A stretch of 39,338 nt of DNA from Alphaproteobacteria bacterium (GTDB lineage: Bacteria; Pseudomonadota; Alphaproteobacteria; JALCBB01). The notes below the pieces were generated by a model. It ran no database searches. It was not told where the DNA came from and worked only from the letters and a program-made list of their open reading frames with translations. Positions within the stretch are counted from its first letter, which is position 1; each line of letters starts with the position of its first letter. Location: the NCBI GenBank assembly GCA_028066985.1, contig JALCBB010000004.1, positions 1 to 39,338 on the forward strand, read 5' to 3'. The position numbers and the translations under genes were made by a program. This document shows positions 1-8,017 of the stretch, piece by piece.

Positions 1-100
1 TTTATTTTTTTGCGGGCTAGCCCGCACCCATCTGCTGGCATCGCTCGCTTGAGCCGGCATCGTGAATGTCTAAGTCAAACTCCCACTAATGCCAGAGGTC
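1..100 (+). repeat. Structured ~100-bp repeat arm (locus E1; any partner arm lies outside the window)
   Basis: T-run + GCGGGCTAGCCCGC hairpin + TCGCTTGAGC...GTGAATGTCTAAGTCAAACTCCCACTAATGCCAGAGG, shared with 14 other copies in the window. Confidence 0.9.
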
Positions 101-145
101 GTTCCATGGGAAGTTTAAAAAAATCGGCGCCGTCAAACAAAGCCC

Positions 146-3100
146 TCAGCCCAATGACTCCACGCGCGCCGCGCAATACTTAAACTCCGGAATCTTCCCG
201 TACGGATCCAACGCCGAATTCGTCAGCAAATTCACACTCGCCTCCGCAAAACAAAACGGCACAAAAATCACTCCCTCAGGAACCTGCCGATCCCCGCGCA
301 ACAGTATCTCTATACTCCCGCGCCGCGTCGCAATACGCACCCGATCGCCCGCCGCAAACCCCAAACCCTCCATCTCGCGCGGATTCAACATCGCGACCGC
401 CTCAGGCTCCAGATCATCCAAAACCCCCGAACGCCGCGTTATCGCCCCCGTATGCCAATGCTCCAGCAAGCGGCCCGTCGTCAAAACCATCGGATACTCA
501 ACATCCGGAACCTCCGCGGGCGCGACCAATTCCGTCGCCACAAAGCGTCCGCGGCCGCTCGCCGTCGGAAAACCCTCGCCGAACAATATCTCGCGTCCGG
601 CGCCCGCCTCCGAATCCGCCGGATAAGTCACCGAATCCTCGCGCTCCAATCGCTCCCACGAGATGTTCGCCAGCGACGGCATCAGTTCGCTCATCTCCGC
701 ATACACCTCGCGCGGATGCCCGTAATCCCACGACAAGCCCGTCCGCCGCGCCATCTCCTGAATCAGTTCCCAGTCCATGCGCGCCTCCCCCGGCGGACGC
801 AAAACCGCCCGCCCCATCTGTATCTGGCGATTCGTGTTCGTATAAGTGCCGACCTTCTCCGCATGCGCCGACGCCGGCAGCACCACATCCGCGAACCACG
901 CGGTCTCGGTCAGGAAGATGTCCTGCACCGCCAGATGCTCCAACTTCGCCAATGCCGCCCGCGCATGCGCCTGATCCGGATCCGACACCGCCGGATTTTC
1001 GCCCAGAATATACATCCCGCGCACCGCCCCCGCCAGAATCGCCTCCACCACCTCAACCACCGTCAGCCCCGGCGACGGACTCAACCCGACACCCCACGCC
1101 GACTCAAACACCGCGCGCACCGAGTCGTCCGCGACCGAACGATAGTCGGGATACACCATCGGTATCAGTCCGGCGTCGGACGCGCCCTGCACATTGTTCT
1201 GTCCGCGCAGCGGATGCAAGCCCGTGCCCGCGCGTCCGATCTGTCCGGTAGAAAGCGCCAGCGCTATCAGACAGCGCGCGTTGTCGGTGCCGTGAATGTG
1301 CTGGCTGATGCCCATCCCCCAGAAAATAATGGAGCGCTCCGAGCGCGCATACAGCCGCGCGACCTCGCGCAAAACCTCCGCCTTCACGCCGCATACCGAC
1401 TCCATCGCCTCGGGCGAAAAGTCGCGCAGCGCCTTTTTCAATTCCGCGAAGCCCTCGGTATGCGCCTGAATGTACTGCGCGTCGGTCAGACCCTCTTCCA
1501 CGATCACATGCAGCATCGCGTTCAACATCGCCACATCACTGCCGGGACGAAAGCGCAGATCATACGCCGCGTGACGCGACAACTCCGAACCGCGCGGGTC
1601 GGCAAGAATCAATTTCGCGCCGGCGCGCGCCGCCGCCTTCAGGTAGGTCGCCGCCACCGGATGATTCTGCGTCGGACGCGCCCCGATCACGAAGATGCAG
1701 TCCGACTCCAGCGCCGCGGTGAACGGCGCCGTCACCGCGCCCGAACCGATGCCCTCCATCAGCGCCGCCACCGACGACGCGTGGCACAGCCGCGTGCAGT
1801 GATCCACATTGTTGCTGCCGAAACCCTGGCGCACCAGTTTCTGGAAGAGATACGCCTCCTCGTTGCTCGCCTTCGCCGAGCCGAATCCAGCGAGGGCGTC
1901 GCCGCCGTGCTTGTCGCGGATGCGCGTCAGTCCGCGCGCGGCGAAGTCCAGGGCTTCGTCCCAGGAGGCTTCGCGGAAGTGCGTGAAGGGGTTGTCGGGG
2001 TCAATCTCCATGTCGGCGGACTTCTCGGCGTCCTCAAGGCGAATCAGCGGACGCCGCAGACGGTGCCGGTGATGCACATAGTCAAAGCCGAATCTTCCCT
2101 TGACGCAGAGACGATTTTCGTTCGCGGGGCCGTCGCGTCCGTCAACCTTGACGATTCGCTCAATGACATCGCCGTTGCCGTCATTGACGGGGACAACGAC
2201 ACCGCCGCCGTTTTTGTCGTCCTTGTTAGCGACGGAGACGACAACACCGCCATTGTCGTCATTGTTTTTGTCGCCACCTTTTTTGTCACCGTCACTGTCA
2301 CCGTCATTGACAGAGGGGACGACAACACCGCCGCCATTTTTGTCGTCCTTGTTAGTGACGGAGACGACAACGGCGGCGCCGTTTTTGTCCCCTTTATTTT
2401 TGTCACCGTCGCCGAGACCATTGACATTCGCCGTGTAGACGCGCGTCTGACATCCCACGCCGCAATACGGACACAGCGTATCCACGCTGCGCTCGGGCGT
2501 GAGGGCGCGGCGTCCGTCTTCGGCGGAGACCAGCCGCGACTCCATCAGCGCGCCCGTCGGACACGCCTGCACACACTCGCCGCACGCCACACAACTGCTC
2601 TCGCCCATCGCGTCGCCAAGATCAAAAATGACGCGCGAGCCGCGTCCGCGTCCCGCCATGCCGATGACATCGTTCACCTGCACCTCGCGGCAGGCGCGCA
2701 CGCAGAGTCCGCAGTTGATGCAGGCGCCGAGTTGCACGGTCATCGCGGTGTGCGAGCGGTCGGCGGCGATCTCGCCGTGCGACGGGAAACGGCTCGTCGT
2801 CACGCCGACGCCTTCAGCCTGACGCCAGAAAACTCCGTCGGGGTCGGGCGACATCTCGCGCGCCGGCTGATCCGCGACCAGCAGTTCAAACACAAGTTCG
2901 CGGCTGCGGCGCGCGCGCTCGTCGCCGAGACGGACTTCCATTCCCGCCGTCGGACGCCGAATGCACGACGCCGCCAGCACGCGCTCGCCCTTGATCTCAA
3001 CCATGCATGTCCGGCAGTTGCCGTCGGCGCGGTAGCCGCTCTCGCCGCTGTGACAGAGGTGCGGGATTTCAACGCCGTGACGCCGCGCGGTTTCCCATAT

Positions 3101-3187
3101 TGTTTCGTTCGCGCGCGCCGTGACGGGCTTGCCGTCTATGGTGAACGGGATCTCCTCGGCGGGCGCGGGTTTTGTGCGACTGGACAT
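146..3187 (-). CDS. fdhF: Formate dehydrogenase alpha subunit (Mo/W-bis-MGD, Cys ligand, N-terminal Fe-S domains) with ~87-aa low-complexity insertion
   Basis: IPHLC...CRTCMV 2Fe-2S domain; CINCGLCVRAC and CVACGECVQACP 4Fe-4S motifs; CPYCGVGC...LCVKG; NVDHCTRLCHASS; LRGQNNVQG; C-terminal LTTGRLLEHWHTG and KIPEFK. Start moved from 3298 to the ATG at 3187 (MSSRTK), just before the first recognisable domain. Confidence 0.92.
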   Translation of the reverse strand: MSSRTKPAPAEEIPFTIDGKPVTARANETIWETARRHGVEIPHLCHSGESGYRADGNCRTCMVEIKGERVLAASCIRRPTAGMEVRLGDERARRSRELVFELLVADQPAREMSPDPDGVFWRQAEGVGVTTSRFPSHGEIAADRSHTAMTVQLGACINCGLCVRACREVQVNDVIGMAGRGRGSRVIFDLGDAMGESSCVACGECVQACPTGALMESRLVSAEDGRRALTPERSVDTLCPYCGVGCQTRVYTANVNGLGDGDKNKGDKNGAAVVVSVTNKDDKNGGGVVVPSVNDGDSDGDKKGGDKNNDDNGGVVVSVANKDDKNGGGVVVPVNDGNGDVIERIVKVDGRDGPANENRLCVKGRFGFDYVHHRHRLRRPLIRLEDAEKSADMEIDPDNPFTHFREASWDEALDFAARGLTRIRDKHGGDALAGFGSAKASNEEAYLFQKLVRQGFGSNNVDHCTRLCHASSVAALMEGIGSGAVTAPFTAALESDCIFVIGARPTQNHPVAATYLKAAARAGAKLILADPRGSELSRHAAYDLRFRPGSDVAMLNAMLHVIVEEGLTDAQYIQAHTEGFAELKKALRDFSPEAMESVCGVKAEVLREVARLYARSERSIIFWGMGISQHIHGTDNARCLIALALSTGQIGRAGTGLHPLRGQNNVQGASDAGLIPMVYPDYRSVADDSVRAVFESAWGVGLSPSPGLTVVEVVEAILAGAVRGMYILGENPAVSDPDQAHARAALAKLEHLAVQDIFLTETAWFADVVLPASAHAEKVGTYTNTNRQIQMGRAVLRPPGEARMDWELIQEMARRTGLSWDYGHPREVYAEMSELMPSLANISWERLEREDSVTYPADSEAGAGREILFGEGFPTASGRGRFVATELVAPAEVPDVEYPMVLTTGRLLEHWHTGAITRRSGVLDDLEPEAVAMLNPREMEGLGFAAGDRVRIATRRGSIEILLRGDRQVPEGVIFVPFCFAEASVNLLTNSALDPYGKIPEFKYCAARVESLG

Positions 3188-3270
3188 TGCTTCGCAGTGT
3201 ATACCTCTATGCCTCTTCGGGCAAGAATTCTGAAATTCGGCTGTATACGGCGATTTCGGGGCGGCTTTTT

Positions 3271-3303
3271 TCTTATTGCAAATGACTTTCATTAGCAATA
3301 AGA
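3271..3303. promoter_or_regulatory. Fur-box-like palindromic operator
   Basis: TCTTATTGC-A-AATGA-CTT-TCATT-A-GCAATAAGA is a near-perfect 33-bp dyad with an AATGA-N3-TCATT core, upstream of an iron-binding protein gene. Confidence 0.7.
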
Positions 3304-3346
3304 TAGGGAGGTGGAGGATAACGGGCTATTTGCAGGAGCGGGAACC

Positions 3347-4663
3347 GTGACTATGACAAGTCAAATTTTAATTTTTTGCGGGCAGCGCCCGCAGGCATCA
3401 GTTGGCGCGGTTCGCTTGAGCCGGCGCCGTGAATGTCTGAGTCAAACTCCCACTAATGCCGGAGGCTTGCTCTTCGGAACTTTTCGGAGTGCGACCTCTG
3501 GCATTAGTGGGCGCGGACTCCAGACTAGCCGCGACAGCGGCTCAAGCGAACTGTACCCGCAGACGGCTGGCGGCACTGCCGCCAAATTAAAATTGTTTCT
3601 CTCTTTAATTAAGAGACGAACGACCATCACGGCGTCCGTCGGGGGCAGGCTTATTAAGTCTGTCGCCGTCGCCGGTCTCGCCGTTCTTGTTCTCGGCGTA
3701 AATACCGCCCGGGCGCAGACCCTCAACATCTACACCGGCAGACACTACCCCGCCGACCAGATGCTCTACGATCTCTTCCAGTCTCAGACCGGCATCACCG
3801 TCAACGCGCTTGAAGGCAAGACCGGCGCCCTTCTCGAAAGGCTCCGCCTGGAAGGCGACGAAAGTCCCGCCGACCTCTTCATCACCGTTGACGCCGGCAA
3901 TCTCTGGCGCGCGCGAAATCTTGACCTGCTCGCGCCGGTCGTGTCCGATGTTCTTGACGCGAGGATTCCGCCGCATCTTCGCAGTCCTGAGAATCTCTGG
4001 TTCGGATTCGCGACGCGCAGCCGCATCGCGTTTTACAATCCGCGGGTTCTCGCCGCGCCGCCGCGCCGATGGAGCGACCTCGCCCTTCCCGAATACAGGG
4101 AGCAGATCTGCGCGCGGAGTTCGTCCAACATTTACAATCTGTCGCTGCTCGCCTCGTTCATAGAGCGCGACGGCGAAGACGCCGCCGCGCGCTGGGCGCA
4201 GGGCGTCGTCGCGAACTTCGCGCGTCCGCCGGCGGGCGGCGACACCGACCAGTTGCGCGCCGCCGCCGAGGGCATCTGCGGAGTCGCGATCGCCAATCAC
4301 TATTATTACGCGCGGCTGCTGGCGTCCGAAAGCGCGGCGGACAACGATGTCGCGGCGGCGCTGGTGCCGCTCTGGCTCGGCGAGGAGGGCGACGGCGTGC
4401 ATGCCAACATTTCCGGCGGCGCGCTGCTGCGGTCGGCGAAGAATCGGGAGGAGGCGGTGGCTTTTCTGGAATTTCTGGCGAGCGACCGGGCGCAGGAGAT
4501 TTTTGCGGAGGCGAACAACGAGTATCCTGTTGTTGCCGGTGTCGCGCTTTCGCCGGTTCTTGATGTTCTCGGGCTTCATCGGACGGAGGAGGTCAATGTT
4601 TCGGTTTACGGACGCAATCAGGCTTTGGCGCAGCGCATTTACGACCGCGCCGGCTGGCAATGA
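3347..4663 (+). CDS. futA: Fe(III) ABC transporter substrate-binding protein (FutA/FbpA family); start uncertain, 5' part runs through a repeat element
   Basis: LNIYTGRHY, SPADLFITVDAGNL, RSSSNIYNLSL, GGDTDQ, ANHYY and NNEYP motifs; signal-peptide-like LIKSVAVAGLAVLVLGVNTARA. AGGAG at 3334-3338 precedes GTG 3347 (alternatives GTG 3311, ATG 3353). Confidence 0.85.
   Translation: MTMTSQILIFCGQRPQASVGAVRLSRRRECLSQTPTNAGGLLFGTFRSATSGISGRGLQTSRDSGSSELYPQTAGGTAAKLKLFLSLIKRRTTITASVGGRLIKSVAVAGLAVLVLGVNTARAQTLNIYTGRHYPADQMLYDLFQSQTGITVNALEGKTGALLERLRLEGDESPADLFITVDAGNLWRARNLDLLAPVVSDVLDARIPPHLRSPENLWFGFATRSRIAFYNPRVLAAPPRRWSDLALPEYREQICARSSSNIYNLSLLASFIERDGEDAAARWAQGVVANFARPPAGGDTDQLRAAAEGICGVAIANHYYYARLLASESAADNDVAAALVPLWLGEEGDGVHANISGGALLRSAKNREEAVAFLEFLASDRAQEIFAEANNEYPVVAGVALSPVLDVLGLHRTEEVNVSVYGRNQALAQRIYDRAGWQ
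3363..3636. repeat. Composite repeat E2: two converging arms around a ~30-bp linker, plus a TTAATTAA-containing flank
   Basis: Arm + at ~3370-3466 and arm - at ~3497-3590; linker and flank match the reverse complement of parts of 33992-34170. Confidence 0.88.
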
Positions 4664-5028
4664 AGCGGCGAACCGCCTCCGGCATCAGGCGACGAACGGC
4701 CTCCGGCATTAGCGGGAGTTTGACTAAGACATTCACGATAGCCGCTCAAGCGAACCGCACCCGCAGATGGCTGGCGGCACTGCCGCCAAAAAAATTAAAA
4801 AATAATGAGAAAACAATTTATTTAATTGACACCATTAATTGTCTATTAATAATTAACAGAATAAATTATTTTGACCCCTTAAACAGTCCAATTGCTTTTT
4901 AATTTATTTTTTTGCAGGCAGCGCCTGCGGGCATCAGTTGGTACGGTTCGCTTGAGCGGCTATTGTGAATGTCTTAGTCAAACTCCCACTAATGCCAGAG
5001 GCCGTGCTTCGATTGTCCCTAAATTAAT
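4664..5028. repeat. Composite repeat E3: diverging arms around an AT-rich core
   Basis: Arm - at ~4698-4800, AT core ~4800-4905, arm + at ~4905-5003; short partial duplication CGAACNGCCTCCGGCAT at the left end; lies between convergent genes. Confidence 0.9.
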
Positions 5029-5033
5029 TGTTT

Positions 5034-6251
5034 TTAATTTTCCGCCGGCCGCAACCGCGCAAGAGGACGCTCGTCTATCGGCAGATGCAGCACCGTCGCC
5101 AGCACCCCGAACGCCACCGCCGCCAGCCACATCCCGTCATACGAACCCGTCCGATCATACAGATAACCGCCCAGCCACACGCCCGAAAAACTTCCCAGCT
5201 GATGACTGAAAAACACAAACCCGAACAGCGTCGCCATATACCTCACGCCGAACACCTGCAGCACTATCCCCGATGTCAGCGGCACCGTCGACAGCCACAG
5301 CAAACCCATCACGCCCGCGAACATCAGCACCACCGGCTCCGTCTTCGGCAACACCAGCAGCGCCACTATCGCCAGAGTCCGCGCGAAATAAATGAAACTC
5401 AACCCCAGACGCTTGCTGAAATACTGTCCCGCAACCCCCGCGCCGAACGAGCCGATGATGTTAAACAGTCCGATCAGCGACAGCGACCACGCCCCGATAG
5501 ACGCGCCCATTCCCAGATCCTGCAGATACGCCGGAAAATGCACCGTGATAAACGCGACATGAAAACCGCACACGAAAAATCCGAGCGTCAGCAGCACATA
5601 ACCGCGATGCGCGCGCGCCTCCAATAACGCCGAGCGCAGACTCTGCCCCGTGTCCTCGTCCGCGGCGGTCGGATCGCTCGCGGGCAGCGCGAACACCAGA
5701 ACCACGATCAGCAGCACCGACGCCGCCAGTCCGTAGAGTCCCGCCGTCCAGCCGTAGTTCGCTATCAGCGCCTGTCCGAACGGCGAGAACAGCACCTGTC
5801 CGAGCGAGCCCGACGCCATTCCGAGGCCGAGCGCGAACGAACGGCGCTCCGGCGATATGACTTTGACGATAGCGCTCAGCGCAATTGAGAACGACGCGAA
5901 TCCTATTCCGATTCCTGTCAGGATTCCCGCCGTGAAGGTCAGGACGAAGCCGTCCTGCGCCTGTGACATTCCGACGAGTCCGATCGCGTAGATCAGTCCG
6001 CCGATCGCGAGTATTCGCGACGGGCCGTAGCGATCCGAGAGCGCGCTTGCGACCGGCACTGTCGCGCCCCAGAGCAGGTTCTGAGTCGCGAGGGCGAATG
6101 CGAAGGTTTCGCGTCCCCAGCCGCGTGTCGCGGTCATCGGCTCCAGGAAGAGGCCGAGCACCGAGCGCGGACCGAAGCCCAGGAACGATATCAGGCAGCT
6201 CGCCGTGATGACGACAAGCGGTGTGCGCCAGGCGCGGATTGCTGTAGTCAT
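5034..6251 (-). CDS. MFS transporter
   Basis: 405 aa with about 12 hydrophobic segments; SALSDRYGPSR motif-A-like loop; GGYLYDRTGSYD near the C-terminus. Confidence 0.88.
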   Translation of the reverse strand: MTTAIRAWRTPLVVITASCLISFLGFGPRSVLGLFLEPMTATRGWGRETFAFALATQNLLWGATVPVASALSDRYGPSRILAIGGLIYAIGLVGMSQAQDGFVLTFTAGILTGIGIGFASFSIALSAIVKVISPERRSFALGLGMASGSLGQVLFSPFGQALIANYGWTAGLYGLAASVLLIVVLVFALPASDPTAADEDTGQSLRSALLEARAHRGYVLLTLGFFVCGFHVAFITVHFPAYLQDLGMGASIGAWSLSLIGLFNIIGSFGAGVAGQYFSKRLGLSFIYFARTLAIVALLVLPKTEPVVLMFAGVMGLLWLSTVPLTSGIVLQVFGVRYMATLFGFVFFSHQLGSFSGVWLGGYLYDRTGSYDGMWLAAVAFGVLATVLHLPIDERPLARLRPAEN

Positions 6252-6289
6252 GCCGTTAGTTTTACCAGACCGGCCGCGCCTCGTCCAGA

Positions 6290-6597
6290 TTAATTACAGA
6301 GACAATCGAAGTGCGATCTTTGGCATTAGCGGGCGTTTGACTCAGACATTCACGACAGCCGCTCAAGCGAACCGCACCCGCAGATGGCTGGCGGCACTGC
6401 CGCCAAAAAAATTAAATTAAAAAGAAAATAATTTATTTAATTTGACTCCTTAAACAGTCCAATTGCTTTTTAATTTATTTTTTGCAGGCAGCGCCTGCGG
6501 GCATCAGTTGGCGCTGTTCGCTTGAGCCGACACCGTGAATGTCTTAGTCAAACTCCCACTAATGCCAGAGGCTGTTCTTCGTCTGTCTCCTGATTAA
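6290..6597. repeat. Composite repeat E4: diverging arms around a short AT core
   Basis: Ends TTAATTACAGAGACAATCGAAG... and ...CTTCGTCTGTCTCCTGATTAA; core CCTTAAACAGTCCAATTGCTTTTTAATTTATTTTTTTGC identical to E3. Confidence 0.9.
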
Positions 6598-6603
6598 AGG
6601 CTC

Positions 6604-7962
6604 TTAAGAATTTGACGGGGCGCGTAAAGAAACAAACTCCTCCGAAACCGTCGGATGAATCGCGAAACAACGGTCAAGGTCGTCCTTCGTCGCTCCGGCC
6701 GCCAAAGCCAGAGCGAAAACCTGCGCCAATTCAGGGCCCTCCTCGCCCAGCATCTGCACGCCAAGCAAACGACCACTACCACGCTCCGAAACAACCCGAA
6801 TGTAAACACGCTCCCCGCGACCCGACAACGCAAGACGCAGCGGACCAAAATCACTGTCCCAGACCTGAACCTCATAACCGCGCGCGCGCGCCGCCTCCGC
6901 CGTCAGGCCGACCTCCGCCAAAGGCGGATGCGTGAACACCGCCGTCGGAATGTTCTCATACACCAGGTCCGCCGCGCCGCCGCCGAAATGCTTCGCCGCG
7001 AAACACTCGCCCTCCGCAAGCGCGACCGGCGTCAACTCGCGTCCGCGCGACGCCGCGTCGCCAAGCGCGAACACCCCCGACACGCTCGTACAATAATTGC
7101 CGTCAACCTCAATCTTGCCCGCGCCGTCAAGCCGCACCCCCGCGTCCTCAAGTCCCAGTCCCGCCACACGCGGACGCCGACCCACCGCCCAGAGCAGTCC
7201 GTCGCCGCGCACCTCGCGACCGTCACCAAGAACAACCTCGTAACCCCCGCCGCGCTCGCGCACGACATCCACCGCGGCGTCCAGCAACAGTCGCGCGCCC
7301 CCCGAACGCAAAGCATGCGCCAGATGCTCCGACATCACCGCGTCAAAACCGCGCAGCAACCGCGACCGGCGATGAATCAACGTCGTCTCCACGCCCAGTC
7401 CGCAGAAAATAGACGCGAACTCGCACGCGATATATCCGCCGCCCACCACTACCACCTCGCGCGGCAGATCTTTCAGATGAAACAGGTCGTCCGAAACCCA
7501 CGCCGCCGGCACGCCCGAAGGCCGCCACGGCTCCATCCCGACCGCAAGCAGAATCCGCCCGGCGCGAAAACTCTCGCCGTCAACAACAACCTCGTTCGCG
7601 CCGCGCAGCCGCGCGCGTCCGCGCACAATCCGGACGCCGGCGGTGTCCAGCGTGTTCTGATAGGCGTCGTTGAGCCGCCGAATCTCGCGGTTCTTGTTCG
7701 CGACCAGCCGCGTCCAGTCAAGCGCGGGAGCGGGAAGGTCCCAGCCGAAGCCGCGCGCGTCACGCGCCTGCTCCGGCACCGCCGCCGCATGATGAAACAA
7801 CTTCTTCGGAACACATCCGAGATTGACACAGGTGCCGCCGAGCGCGCGGTCTTCCACAAGAACAACCCGCGCGCCGAAGCCCGCCGCGCGCCGCGCCGCG
7901 CGCACTCCCCCGGAGCCGCCGCCGATGACGACAAGATCAGACAATTCGCCGGCGGCGGACAT
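6604..7962 (-). CDS. gor: Glutathione-disulfide reductase
   Basis: DLVVIGGGSGG FAD motif, GGTCVNLGCVPKK redox disulfide, GGGYIACE NADPH motif, LTPVA, AIHPTVSEEF. Confidence 0.9.
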   Translation of the reverse strand: MSAAGELSDLVVIGGGSGGVRAARRAAGFGARVVLVEDRALGGTCVNLGCVPKKLFHHAAAVPEQARDARGFGWDLPAPALDWTRLVANKNREIRRLNDAYQNTLDTAGVRIVRGRARLRGANEVVVDGESFRAGRILLAVGMEPWRPSGVPAAWVSDDLFHLKDLPREVVVVGGGYIACEFASIFCGLGVETTLIHRRSRLLRGFDAVMSEHLAHALRSGGARLLLDAAVDVVRERGGGYEVVLGDGREVRGDGLLWAVGRRPRVAGLGLEDAGVRLDGAGKIEVDGNYCTSVSGVFALGDAASRGRELTPVALAEGECFAAKHFGGGAADLVYENIPTAVFTHPPLAEVGLTAEAARARGYEVQVWDSDFGPLRLALSGRGERVYIRVVSERGSGRLLGVQMLGEEGPELAQVFALALAAGATKDDLDRCFAIHPTVSEEFVSLRAPSNS

Positions 7963-8017
7963 TCAATGCGGACTCCGTTCAAGATGCGCGAAAAACACGG
8001 TGCTATACTAGCGAAAA

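Noticed and set aside
2168-2428. FDH insertion as an intein, or selenocysteine recoding in FDH
   Set aside because: No C/S...HN-C/S/T splice junctions or endonuclease motifs; the active site is Cys with no in-frame TGA
452-3295. 947-aa plus-strand ORF and other long antisense or overlapping ORFs (6655-8481, 14244-15698, 20795-22393, 28788-30197)
   Set aside because: Shadow frames of well-supported genes in high-GC DNA; no recognisable motifs
4835-4849. TTAA-N7-TTAA CtrA-like box in AT cores (also ~27233)
   Set aside because: Seen clearly in only two cores and expected by chance in TTAA-rich sequence
4603-5209. Small ORFs spanning repeat composites (4660-4902, 4892-5209, 6205-6420, 38990-39280)
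   Set aside because: These are translations of the repeat (e.g. SQTPTNA) with inconsistent frames, starts and stops between copies
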